Part shown: positions 10,545-20,007 of the stretch, piece after piece | How the letters are laid out: each line of letters opens with the position of its first letter | How positions within the stretch are numbered: the stretch's first letter is position 1 | Source: a virus | Taxonomy: Duplodnaviria > Caudoviricetes | IMG/VR virus record: IMGVR_UViG_3300028048_001915 | Span: 23,268-87,267 of that record | Reading direction: 5' to 3' (one strand) | DNA: 64,000 nt | The notes under the pieces: model-generated | Databases searched by the model: none | The model's input: only the letters and a program-made list of their open reading frames with translations | Told to the model about the DNA's origin: nothing | Translations under genes and position numbers: made by a program

Positions 10545-11006
10545 TTATAATAATCCGTTTTCTGATAAAACTTGATGATAATATTCTTTAAACTTAGGTA
10601 TTGACCTATTCAATGTACGAGTAACAAATGGGTTTGCTGCAGTTCCTGGATGGTTAACTTTACGTGCAAAAACAGTGTCACCTCCAGTTTCAAAAACAAG
10701 GAACTTACCATTTTTTGGTGTGATAACATGTGGTCCTGTACCATATTGAACATCCTGCCAATAAGTACGGCCATTGCTTCTTGCATTACTATGTAGTTCA
10801 CCAACTAATTTAGATGGTTTGCGTTTAGTAATGCTTCGACGAAGGTTACCTGTTTTAATTGGTGCTTCTCGTCTAGCTATATTATTGGCTTCATTCAAAC
10901 CATAATCTAATGTATCACTAATCATATCAGAATGTTTTTTACCCTTTAATCCAAGTTTTTTATAATATGATGATCCGAATTTCACATCTAAACTAAAACT
11001 AATCAT
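10545..11006 (-). CDS. HK97 gp10-like tail completion protein
   Basis: APIKTGNLRRSI, VQYGTG and HPGTAANPF motifs typical of the HK97 gp10 family. Confidence 0.8.
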   Translation of the reverse strand: MISFSLDVKFGSSYYKKLGLKGKKHSDMISDTLDYGLNEANNIARREAPIKTGNLRRSITKRKPSKLVGELHSNARSNGRTYWQDVQYGTGPHVITPKNGKFLVFETGGDTVFARKVNHPGTAANPFVTRTLNRSIPKFKEYYHQVLSENGLL

Positions 11007-11353
11007 CGAGTATTCACATCTTGTTTTCTTTGTTTTTGAATAGTCATTCTTTTATGATGTATAATATGATTCCAAGTTTCTATTGAACCTAAAATACTAT
11101 ATTTAACACCATTAATCATTATAAGGTCAGTATCGTAGATTTCAGTATCAATACTCATATAGACAACATAAGTATCCTGCAATATCTTACCGAACTGTTC
11201 CATAGATGATTTAGGAGATATTGGTTGAAAATCAACTTCAACAGTATCCCTTAAATTATATTCTGGTAATGGTTCACCCCATTCAGTATATTCTCCAGTT
11301 GTTTGGGAATAAGAGTAAATATCCATTATTTCATTAGGAAAAAATGGTGGCAT
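11003..11353 (-). CDS. Head closure (SPP1 gp16-like) protein
   Basis: 116 aa beta protein between the connector and gp10-like genes. Confidence 0.6.
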   Translation of the reverse strand: MPPFFPNEIMDIYSYSQTTGEYTEWGEPLPEYNLRDTVEVDFQPISPKSSMEQFGKILQDTYVVYMSIDTEIYDTDLIMINGVKYSILGSIETWNHIIHHKRMTIQKQRKQDVNTR

Positions 11354-11354
11354 A

Positions 11355-11855
11355 CTATATCATCCTCGCAGTGGCATTATAGCGGTTTTTCAAATCAGTT
11401 ATCATGGAATTGATAACTCCCCATTGTCCAGCACTAGTATCTAATGAAACTGTTACTCCACCTTCACTAATGCTGGAAGCTCTTTTATCCCAACCCGGAG
11501 TATTCTCATATTCCATCATCAAATCAATGATAGCGGAATAATCCTCTTCAGGAATACAATACATATATTGAACATATAACAGGCCAGTATAATTATCATC
11601 TAAATATATTAAACCAGATTCTTCATCAATAAGACAATCATTTAAACAGATACATTTTTTATCAATCTTTATTTTATTAATTGAATGTAATGGGTAGTGA
11701 TCTAAAATTATCACATCCCCATCAAAATCACGTGTTATTTGTTTTGCAGGTGTAGGTGATAATGGTAGACCGGTTTGTACTGCTAATTGTTTGATTAATA
11801 ATTCCCTTGTTGGTTCAGAATCAATAATTTCTTCAGTATTCTCTTCATTAGTCAT
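11355..11855 (-). CDS. Head-tail adaptor/connector protein
   Basis: Follows the capsid gene; SSISEGGVTVS motif typical of gp15/gp6-like adaptors. Confidence 0.6.
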   Translation of the reverse strand: MTNEENTEEIIDSEPTRELLIKQLAVQTGLPLSPTPAKQITRDFDGDVIILDHYPLHSINKIKIDKKCICLNDCLIDEESGLIYLDDNYTGLLYVQYMYCIPEEDYSAIIDLMMEYENTPGWDKRASSISEGGVTVSLDTSAGQWGVINSMITDLKNRYNATARMI

Positions 11856-11894
11856 ATTTTCACCTAAAAAATAAAATAATTAAAAGAATTAATT

Positions 11895-12218
11895 TTATTC
11901 TTCAATCATTACAAATTCAGCTTTATTATTTCCCGCAACAACAGTTATATTTCCATAATACTGTTCATATCCCTCTTTGATTCCAAGTAATTCATAAGTT
12001 CCTACAGGAACATTAGTTATATTACATCCCCCTGCAGAACCTGTAGTGCCCTCGTATTCATCACCAGTAATTCCATCAGAAACAAGAACATCTACACCTT
12101 GTAATGGATTACCTGATTCATCTTTAACAGTTACATTAACATTACCTGTTTGAGGAGTATCATCAGTATTATTATTTCCGGTATTTTCAGGATTCCCCTC
12201 AAGGACTGGGATCTGCAA
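11895..12218 (-). CDS. Carboxypeptidase-regulatory-like/Ig-like beta-sandwich domain, probably a frameshifted C-terminal extension of the capsid protein
   Basis: VTVKDESGNPLQGVDV...TTGSAGGCNITNVPVGTYEL...KEGY pattern. Overlaps the MCP stop in the +1 frame and has only a TTG start. Confidence 0.65.
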   Translation of the reverse strand: MQIPVLEGNPENTGNNNTDDTPQTGNVNVTVKDESGNPLQGVDVLVSDGITGDEYEGTTGSAGGCNITNVPVGTYELLGIKEGYEQYYGNITVVAGNNKAEFVMIEE

Positions 12219-13161
12219 TACCTGTGATTAAACCGTTTTTGTATTCTGCTACGTTTTGAGCAGTAACAAATGATACAATTGCATCACGTGTACCTAATTT
12301 GTTAGTTGGTAAATCAGTTAACAAAGTAGGAGCAAGTAATCTTTTAACTTCAATAGTTGCAGAGTCAACAAATAACATGGAATCTGATTCAAGATTGGAA
12401 TCAATTAAGATAGGGATTTCTGCACCGTTTGGAGCTTCGTAAGCTACAACTCTGTGTCCTAAACCAATGTCTATTTTGTCATTGTATCTTCTGTAAGGTG
12501 CAACAATCTTTTTAAGTTGTTTAGCAACAAGGTTAGTAGTTACAATACAATCAGGAGTACCATTATTTTGGTCAATGATGTCAGTTAACATATCATCAAT
12601 AAGGTCTTCTGTGATTGGTTCGTCAGTTAAAGTTTCTTTGTTAGTAATAACTTGGTTTACGAAACCTTTGAAATCTTTATCACTAGCAGCACCAGTACCT
12701 TGTAAGAGAGTGTTATCTAAATCGTTAGTGACTTTAATGAAACCATCTTGGATTTCAGATTGGATTAAATCAACAACATTATTACCCATTTGAGATAACA
12801 TGGAAACATCAATAGGGTAGATTAATGTTTTCATTTTCTCCATTCTTTCTTCATAAGATGAAGCTACTGCAGCTGGAATATCATCATCTTCATTAATGAA
12901 TTGAGATACACCAGAACTGTTTTTCAAGTAGAATGCAGCGTAAGTGCTACTGAAGTTATCATCCACTCTTCCTTTTGATTCAAGGAATCTGAAATATGGT
13001 GCTTTTTCAAATACACGAGTTTGTAATTCTGGACTGTATGCAATTTGCATTGATGCTGGTGCAGCATCAGATAATTGCATAGCTTTCTGTAAATCAGCTA
13101 TTTGTTTATTTTGTTTTTCGAATTCAGCTTGGATTTCTTTCATGGTTAATTCTTCGGTCAT
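12199..13161 (-). CDS. Major capsid protein (HK97 fold)
   Basis: 320 aa after the protease-scaffold gene; DNTLLQGTG..DFKGF and DCIVTTNLVAKQL patterns. Confidence 0.85.
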   Translation of the reverse strand: MTEELTMKEIQAEFEKQNKQIADLQKAMQLSDAAPASMQIAYSPELQTRVFEKAPYFRFLESKGRVDDNFSSTYAAFYLKNSSGVSQFINEDDDIPAAVASSYEERMEKMKTLIYPIDVSMLSQMGNNVVDLIQSEIQDGFIKVTNDLDNTLLQGTGAASDKDFKGFVNQVITNKETLTDEPITEDLIDDMLTDIIDQNNGTPDCIVTTNLVAKQLKKIVAPYRRYNDKIDIGLGHRVVAYEAPNGAEIPILIDSNLESDSMLFVDSATIEVKRLLAPTLLTDLPTNKLGTRDAIVSFVTAQNVAEYKNGLITGIADPSP

Positions 13162-13229
13162 GGTTAATCCTCCAAAATATAAAATAAAATATTTAAAATT
13201 ATATTAAAATGGTTAAAAATGGTTTAATT

Positions 13230-14381
13230 TTATAATAATGATTTAATCAAGTCTTCTTTGGTTTGTTTAGCAACTAACATTTCAGCTGCTTCACGACTTG
13301 TGAATTGGTCTTTTTTAGAATCATTATCTTGGGTTTTCACAGTATCTTCATCATATTGGAACTCAGGGTCACGTTTATCAGATAAATCTTTAAATAATTT
13401 ACCCATTTGTTCTGATACTGCTTTGTCAACAGTTGATTTAACTGTTTCAGTTACATCTACTTCTGGAATCATTTCTTTGATTTCAGATTTCATAGATTCT
13501 AATTCAGAATGGAATAATCCTTTAATATCATCTAATGCGATAGATTTTTCTTCCTCAGGTTTTTCCTCTTCTTCATCTACTTCTGCTTCAGGAGTTTCTT
13601 CAACTTCTTCCTCAGGTTTTTCCTCTTCTTCTTCAGATGCAGATTTAATAGCATCTTTAACAATTTTTTCTAATTGTTTAGAAACTGATTGAACAGTATC
13701 ATTTTTAATTTCCTCTTTCATAGGAATTAATGCTTCATTGATTAAATCCTTAACATCTTCTTTAGTTAAAGTTTCTATTTCATTTTCGGCCATATTATCA
13801 ACCTCATTTTTCATAATTGTATAACATGCACCAGTCAAACAAGTAGATTTAACTAATCCTTTGCTTGTAGTGATGGTTCCATAGGTGTCCCAGTTAGCAG
13901 GCATACCTGTTAAGGAGATTTCACGTAAGGTGATGTCTTTAATTTCCCACCCACCATCTTCAAGTTGGGTGTGTTCAGTTACTCTCCCTCCAATAGACAA
14001 TCCGAGTTTAACTCCAATATCTAACATGTCTCTGATTTCATTGGCATATTTCGGCAATATTTTAGCTTTAATTCTTAAAGAATAAGCATCAGTATCTATT
14101 ACCCCAGTGATTGCTCCAATGATACCATCGAACAATCCATACCAATGATCACCATGCAAGTTTAAACCTGCTTGCAATTGTCTTTTCATTGACTCAATTG
14201 CAGATGGAGTTACTATGTCATCTTGAAGGTCTTTATTTGTTGTTGAAGCTATTCCTTCTATTGTTAATGAACCGTCCTCATTGAGAGTATAACTTTTTGT
14301 GGTGTCCGGATAGATTTGAGGACGTGCATAGAGTTGGAATTGCTTATCTAAGACTTCAGTTGTCATAATATTTGTTTCCAC
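13230..14381 (-). CDS. Prohead maturation protease fused to an acidic scaffold domain
   Basis: IEGIASTTNKDLQDDIV, LHGDH (His), GLSIGG (Ser) and LREISLTGMPAN motifs; Glu-rich C-terminal half. Confidence 0.85.
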   Translation of the reverse strand: METNIMTTEVLDKQFQLYARPQIYPDTTKSYTLNEDGSLTIEGIASTTNKDLQDDIVTPSAIESMKRQLQAGLNLHGDHWYGLFDGIIGAITGVIDTDAYSLRIKAKILPKYANEIRDMLDIGVKLGLSIGGRVTEHTQLEDGGWEIKDITLREISLTGMPANWDTYGTITTSKGLVKSTCLTGACYTIMKNEVDNMAENEIETLTKEDVKDLINEALIPMKEEIKNDTVQSVSKQLEKIVKDAIKSASEEEEEKPEEEVEETPEAEVDEEEEKPEEEKSIALDDIKGLFHSELESMKSEIKEMIPEVDVTETVKSTVDKAVSEQMGKLFKDLSDKRDPEFQYDEDTVKTQDNDSKKDQFTSREAAEMLVAKQTKEDLIKSLL

Positions 14382-14420
14382 AATCTAATTTTTTTTACAT
14401 ACTATTTTTTTTAAATGGTT

Positions 14421-14485
14421 AGTGGGTTTCAGGGTTTGAACCTGTATTTTTTTTAAAAAATGAAGATTAATTTTTTTTAACCCAC
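14421..14485 (-). ncRNA. tRNA-like element 1 (acceptor stem plus T-arm, no D or anticodon arm)
   Basis: Minus strand reads GTGGGTT ...A/U-rich 35 nt... ACAGG TTCAAAC CCTGA AACCCAC T: a perfect 7-bp acceptor stem and a canonical T-loop. Confidence 0.6.
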
Positions 14486-14511
14486 ATGCAAAAAAGGAAT
14501 AAAAAAGTATA

Positions 14512-14566
14512 TCTTATTTTTAATTTTAGGGGAGGACCACCTCTCCCTAAAATATTAAAAATAAGA
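14512..14566. other. Long hairpin in the intergenic region
   Basis: TCTTATTTTTAAT-TTTAGGG-GAGG [ACCA] CCTC-T-CCCTAAA-AT-ATTAAAAATAAGA, about 24 bp of pairing. Confidence 0.6.
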
Positions 14567-14829
14567 AAAATTTTGTTTTAAAACACATACATAGAGAGAT
14601 ATTTTAAAAAATGAAAAAATCGCACAAAAAAAAATTATTCATTTTTTTTATAGTGTTTCTTCTTTTATTTTTTTTTTTATTTTAGCAAAAAAATATGGTA
14701 AACAATGAACAGGGTTTTTTTTTAGAGATAATAAAAGAACCTGTCTTTTGTTTTTGGTTTTAGTTAATGTTTTTTTTTTGGCATTAATAAAGGAAGTGAA
14801 AAAAATGCATTAACCTATTTTTAAACGGT

Positions 14830-14872
14830 AGGTGGGATTTAGGAATCGAACCTAAACAAAGATGTTCCCACC
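14830..14872 (-). ncRNA. tRNA-like element 2 (43-nt minihelix)
   Basis: Minus strand reads GGTGGGA ACATCTTTG TTTAGG TTCGATT CCTAAA TCCCACC T: perfect 7-bp and 6-bp stems with a canonical TTCGA T-loop. Confidence 0.7.
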
Positions 14873-15095
14873 ATTAGTGACAAATAATAAAATATTTTTT
14901 TTTGATAAGGGAGAAAAAAAAGAAAGGAGGAAAAAATATAATTTAATAAAAATTGAAAAAAATAATTAATGGCTGAGCTATGTGTAAAAGAATAAGTTTT
15001 TCAAATTTTTTTTATTATTTTCTTTTCTTTTTTAAAACTCCCAAAATATGGTGACATAATATGAAAACTAAATATTTTTATAAAAAAAATTAAAA

Positions 15096-15419
15096 TTAAG
15101 TTGTCATAACTGAATCTTCAGTAATAATATTTAAAACTTCAAATATATCTTCAAAATAAGCTCCAAAAGTATATCTTTCACCATCAAAAGTGATAAGGAC
15201 ATTTCTAAGTTCATCCTTAAAAGTCCATTTATGAACATTATCTTCTAAAGAATATTCTGCATCTTGCCAATAATCATCTATCATATTATATGATAACCAT
15301 TCAGGGCATGTGATGTTTTCTTTATCAAATAATTCTTTAACAAACATAAAATTATTCCTCATTAAATTTTTTAGTGAAATATTCATAATGTTTTGGATAT
15401 AATTGTTTATATTCTTCAA
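15096..15419 (-). CDS. Small protein downstream of the MuF toxin-like gene (candidate immunity protein; true start probably at the internal MFVKELF)
   Basis: Abuts the MuF stop codon; small and acidic. Confidence 0.4.
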   Translation of the reverse strand: MKNINNYIQNIMNISLKNLMRNNFMFVKELFDKENITCPEWLSYNMIDDYWQDAEYSLEDNVHKWTFKDELRNVLITFDGERYTFGAYFEDIFEVLNIITEDSVMTT

Positions 15420-17190
15420 AGTTAATATCTTTTGTTATTTTGCCTTCATCAGCATAATATTGGATTGTAATCTTTTTCTTTTGTTCAGTAGGATTTGCTA
15501 ACATATAACTAATATATCCACCATGTTCAGCATAAGATTCTTCTCTTGCAGTATTTGCATACCATGTGAAACCAGGTAAATCATCTTTATTTTCTGATTT
15601 CAAATGAATCTTAGAATATTCATCAGTATAGCAATTTCTAATATGATTATTATCATCCCACTCTTTTTTTGTCTGATCCATACTATGAGTGAATTCATGA
15701 TGAATAGTTTTTTTCCAGGAAGTTATCATATCCTCTTCTTGATTCCACAAGAAAGCATATCTTCCTTTACCTCCACCTTTGAAGTATTTAGGATTAATCA
15801 CAATCCTATGATTGAAATCTTCTTGTTCTGGAACAAAACGTTTACTTGCCATTTGCGAGTATGAATTATATCCTGCAGTTGTTTGGTCAAAAGAATCATA
15901 ACCAGATTTAGTTGGCCTATGAATAATACCTTGACTAGTATTTTTAAACCATATTTCACGAGTTTCATTTCTTAAAACTAGAGGTACTTTGAATACTTCA
16001 TGTATAATCTCGTTTGGAGTAGCTATTCCTTTTTTTAAATATGATTTAACCGCACCTTCTTCAAAACGTAACACAAAGTCACGTCCATCATCAAAGGTTT
16101 CTACAAATTTATGGTATTTTTTACCATCATAATCATAAGTTTCTAATCCTTGATAATCAATACCATGGAATTTAGCTAATTCATCGAAAGTGAAATTGTT
16201 TAATTGTTCTAATGATAAGCTTTCATTTAATATTACTGATGGTGTATCTTGTGGTGGAGTATTAGTGAATACTTGTTCCCAATCATTGATTGGTGTTAAG
16301 TTAACAGTGAATGGAACATTCTCTGATGGCTTAACCTTACTCTCCCAAACAGACAAGTAAGTGCAACGGCAATGAGGATGAAACGGTGGATAAGCACCAC
16401 CTTTAATCAAATCACGAATATTATGAACTCTCTCATCACCACGATTCTCAAAGATAATCTTATCATCTTTATTAAACTCATAAGCATATCGTAAACATAA
16501 AGTACAAACATTATCATCTTCAGCAGTTAACAATTTAACTTCTGTATAACCCTCATTAACATAAGACTGTAATATACCAGTATTTTGTATACGGCTTATT
16601 TCAGTACGAGCTATCATTGTAGCTCTTTGTCTTGGAGTGAATGTACTTCCAGGTAATTGAGTAACACCTAACTCTAATAATTTAGGTGCAAGACTTAAAG
16701 GATTCTCGCCTTCAATAGCTGCACGAGTCAATCTATTCTTGATGGCTCCTCTTAAATCATCATTTAATCTTTGAATCAGACCATAATTATAATTTCGTGC
16801 AAATGCAAAAGCTAAACGGTCAGTGTCAGTGTATCTTAAATGTTCGGCAATGTTACTATATCCTTTGGCTTTACCATAATCATATATTTCTTGGAGTAAT
16901 CCATCAATAGTTTCATATTTACCTGATAATATGTTATCCCATTCTTCATCCAATGACTCCCATATTTCTTGTTGGTAATATGCTTCGTTGAAGAAGAATT
17001 CTTTAGCTTCAGGACTATCAATCCATTTTACACTGGCTTGTAATGTATCATCTATTTGTTGTGAGATTAATCTGTAATATTTCATTAGTTGGATATTATC
17101 TTTTAGACTTTTTTCCGTGAACTCTTCCTCGAGTTCTAGGTCTTCAATTAGTAATTGGTTGGTTAATATCCTATCTTCTGATGAAATCAT
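15352..17190 (-). CDS. MuF/SPP1 gp7-like minor head protein with a C-terminal zinc metallopeptidase-like domain
   Basis: RATMIARTEISR, CTLC and PPFHPHCRC MuF motifs; the extension carries HHEFTH (HExxH) and a downstream EESYAE. Confidence 0.8.
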   Translation of the reverse strand: MISSEDRILTNQLLIEDLELEEEFTEKSLKDNIQLMKYYRLISQQIDDTLQASVKWIDSPEAKEFFFNEAYYQQEIWESLDEEWDNILSGKYETIDGLLQEIYDYGKAKGYSNIAEHLRYTDTDRLAFAFARNYNYGLIQRLNDDLRGAIKNRLTRAAIEGENPLSLAPKLLELGVTQLPGSTFTPRQRATMIARTEISRIQNTGILQSYVNEGYTEVKLLTAEDDNVCTLCLRYAYEFNKDDKIIFENRGDERVHNIRDLIKGGAYPPFHPHCRCTYLSVWESKVKPSENVPFTVNLTPINDWEQVFTNTPPQDTPSVILNESLSLEQLNNFTFDELAKFHGIDYQGLETYDYDGKKYHKFVETFDDGRDFVLRFEEGAVKSYLKKGIATPNEIIHEVFKVPLVLRNETREIWFKNTSQGIIHRPTKSGYDSFDQTTAGYNSYSQMASKRFVPEQEDFNHRIVINPKYFKGGGKGRYAFLWNQEEDMITSWKKTIHHEFTHSMDQTKKEWDDNNHIRNCYTDEYSKIHLKSENKDDLPGFTWYANTAREESYAEHGGYISYMLANPTEQKKKITIQYYADEGKITKDINFEEYKQLYPKHYEYFTKKFNEE

Positions 17191-17213
17191 AGAAAATCAC
17201 TTATTATTTCTTT

Positions 17214-18539
17214 TTATATATTATATTCTTTACCTAATCTTTCCATTAACAAAGCCTTTTTCAAAGCTTTAGCCTCAGTATCAGTATGAGGATTAATCAA
17301 AGTCGCATCCTCAACATTATCAATTGTAGGTGCTAAAGCAAACTGACTATAATTCATTGGCACATTACCCCAATCAACAGGGTCTAATCCATAATTGGAT
17401 CTAACTTCATTAATATAAGTTGAACCATTTCTTAATTGCTTATCTTCAATCTCGGCACGGTTTAATTTATTCTCAGTATCCTCACGATTAAATTGGAATA
17501 CTTCACTGAAACCACTACGGCCAAGACTTTTATTAAACTGGTCTTCAATTACACGGGCCGTACCATTCAATACTTTTTGGAAGTCCTTGTTCTGTGATTC
17601 ACCAGTACCCGAACCTAAAGAAGCGGTTTCGATAATATCTACTTTTGCTGGTGGAACACCAAAGTTAACCAGGATAACATCACGACTATATTTCATCAAG
17701 TCCAGGAATTCCATGTCCCTGTTACTGTTAGATGTTCGTAGGTAGTTAGCTGCTTGTAAGATTAAAGTACCTTTCTTATTTTTGTCTTCTTTTAATCTTT
17801 TACGGTTAGCTTCAACAGCTACTTGTCCTAAGTCTTTATCAAAAGTAATGATACCTCTTGGGTCTAAACCACTATTTTGAAAGATATTTTTATTATGGTC
17901 CTTACCTAAAATCTCTAAGGTAATATCTGCAGATATTGAATCTATTAGACTGGTTCCCCATTTACTACCTTTTAATTCGATTTTAGGTTCGTAAATATGA
18001 ATTAATTGGTCGGGTTCATATCTTATCTGGGTATTTCTTATACCCCATTGATTAGTGTCAGGATCCCATCCAATTAATTCTGTTGGAATGAATTTTAACC
18101 CATTAGGTACGCGGTCAAATACTCTATCATGATTAACTTCAATGAATGCATCGCCTGTGCATTTCCATGAAGGTAGTATTTGTTTGACTAAACTACTGAA
18201 TGTAGCTTCATCATATAAACCTGATGGATGGTTGAATAAATTATTTAAATAGTTAACACGAGCAAAATCAACATAATCTGTTTGTGGATTGTTAATACTG
18301 AACCCATTGTTTAATAATTCATCACAGTAAACTCCACAGCATCTACGAACCCACGCATTGTAGTGGAATGCGTCATAGTACGTTTGTAGTAGGTTTATGC
18401 TTTTATCTTGATTAGGGAATGCCCATTTATATTCACGAATATATGATTCAAGTAAACTATTCATTTCTGGTTTTCTTAATAATGGTAGTTTATTTGATAA
18501 TGAGTTAACTATTGATTTAGCTGTGTTAATTATTCCCAT
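17214..18539 (-). CDS. Portal protein
   Basis: 441 aa after the terminase; TGDAFIE, GTSLID, FGVPPAKV and INEVRSNYGLDP motifs. Confidence 0.9.
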   Translation of the reverse strand: MGIINTAKSIVNSLSNKLPLLRKPEMNSLLESYIREYKWAFPNQDKSINLLQTYYDAFHYNAWVRRCCGVYCDELLNNGFSINNPQTDYVDFARVNYLNNLFNHPSGLYDEATFSSLVKQILPSWKCTGDAFIEVNHDRVFDRVPNGLKFIPTELIGWDPDTNQWGIRNTQIRYEPDQLIHIYEPKIELKGSKWGTSLIDSISADITLEILGKDHNKNIFQNSGLDPRGIITFDKDLGQVAVEANRKRLKEDKNKKGTLILQAANYLRTSNSNRDMEFLDLMKYSRDVILVNFGVPPAKVDIIETASLGSGTGESQNKDFQKVLNGTARVIEDQFNKSLGRSGFSEVFQFNREDTENKLNRAEIEDKQLRNGSTYINEVRSNYGLDPVDWGNVPMNYSQFALAPTIDNVEDATLINPHTDTEAKALKKALLMERLGKEYNI

Positions 18540-18591
18540 AATCTTATTTCTCCTTCTCTTTTTCCTTATTTTTTTTATATTATTCTTTTTT

Positions 18592-20007
18592 TTATAAATC
18601 TACAATATCAAATACAATATCTCCAATAAAGTTATCATTAAGATAGTTAAATATGTGTGAAGTAGCATCCACAATGTCGTCATTTTGACCATTAGGGAAT
18701 GCTTTGAATTCATTAATGAATATTTGTCTTAATTTATCGTCAGCTATATCAACATAGACTTCACCATCAAATATTTTATTTTTCAATGGTGTAGCACGGT
18801 CAGCTTTACTATTGTTAGGAACAGCTTTACCTCGTTCTACAAAGTAACCTATTAATTGCTCTTCCCATTCATCGAATAATATTTGGCCTGCAGCAGCCAC
18901 TCCTGTTTCAATAACATTAATATTATCATGACCATCAAAATGGACTTGATCTTTAACAGTATTTTTTGTATTTTTACCGAATTGACCATATAAGTAATCA
19001 GTGATTAATACACTTTTATTATCATCTAAAACATACATTGGTACACCGGCGGTGTAATCGTTTTTACCAGGGTCGCTTGAAGCTATATCGTAACCCCGAC
19101 CCATTTGTATAGTTTCCATATCTGGACGATACCAATGTATTTTACTTAAGTCAAAGAAGTCTGATGTATCATCGATTGGTTTCTGTTGGTAGATAGATTG
19201 GAATACTCTTTCACCAACGGATTCTCTTTTCTTTTCTAATACTTCTATACTGTATCTTTCCGGCCATAATGGAGTTCCATCATCTTTAATAGCAGCGAAT
19301 TCTATGAAGTAGTAATCATCTGCACGATCTCTTTTGAATACTCCCTGCAGGTCTCCACTTGACCAGCGAGTATGGAGTAAAACAAGCTTCGTTTGGGGTT
19401 CGATACGTTGTTCTATGATTGTATCAAACCAATCTACCTTTTTCTGCAATAATGTTGGGGTTATATCTTTAAAACCAGAATATATATCATCGAGAATTAT
19501 GTAATCTGCATCTTGACCTGTGATTGAGCCGTCCGCTCCAACAAGTCTTATGCTTCCCTGATATAATGTACCTTCACGGTCACAGAACATTAAATGGTCT
19601 TTTGCATGTTTAATGTCTGATAAGTAAACATTGAAGTATTCACCATAACGGGCAACAGCTTCTTTTAATTGTATACCAAACTTTTCAGATAAAGTAGCTG
19701 AATTATTCACAATTAAAATATTCAAATCAGGGTCTTGGAATATTAACCATAATGGAAAAGCTAATGTAACCATACTTGACTTTGAGTGTCTTGGTGGCAT
19801 TGCAACACATAAACGCTCAATATCACCTAGATAAACCATTGTCAATAATTCACTTAATTCATTAATATGATCTGCTTCAACAATATCTTTATATCGTGAA
19901 GCAATAAATGTCATGTAAAACTCATACAAATCATCTAATATTTCCTCCCAATCATCCACCGTCAGATTTTGATTTGGATTTAGATTTTCTAAGCTTTCGT
20001 TTGGCAT
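18592..20007 (-). CDS. Terminase large subunit
   Basis: Walker A PPRHSKS, Walker B YIILDD, nuclease motifs GYDIA and DDIVDA. Confidence 0.92.
   Translation of the reverse strand: MPNESLENLNPNQNLTVDDWEEILDDLYEFYMTFIASRYKDIVEADHINELSELLTMVYLGDIERLCVAMPPRHSKSSMVTLAFPLWLIFQDPDLNILIVNNSATLSEKFGIQLKEAVARYGEYFNVYLSDIKHAKDHLMFCDREGTLYQGSIRLVGADGSITGQDADYIILDDIYSGFKDITPTLLQKKVDWFDTIIEQRIEPQTKLVLLHTRWSSGDLQGVFKRDRADDYYFIEFAAIKDDGTPLWPERYSIEVLEKKRESVGERVFQSIYQQKPIDDTSDFFDLSKIHWYRPDMETIQMGRGYDIASSDPGKNDYTAGVPMYVLDDNKSVLITDYLYGQFGKNTKNTVKDQVHFDGHDNINVIETGVAAAGQILFDEWEEQLIGYFVERGKAVPNNSKADRATPLKNKIFDGEVYVDIADDKLRQIFINEFKAFPNGQNDDIVDATSHIFNYLNDNFIGDIVFDIVDL

Noticed and set aside
14421-14872. tRNA-like elements as attP cores (3' tRNA fragments)
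   Set aside because: attP duplications carry only the 3' part of a host tRNA. Here the complementary 5' acceptor strands are also present, and the elements are far from the integrase.
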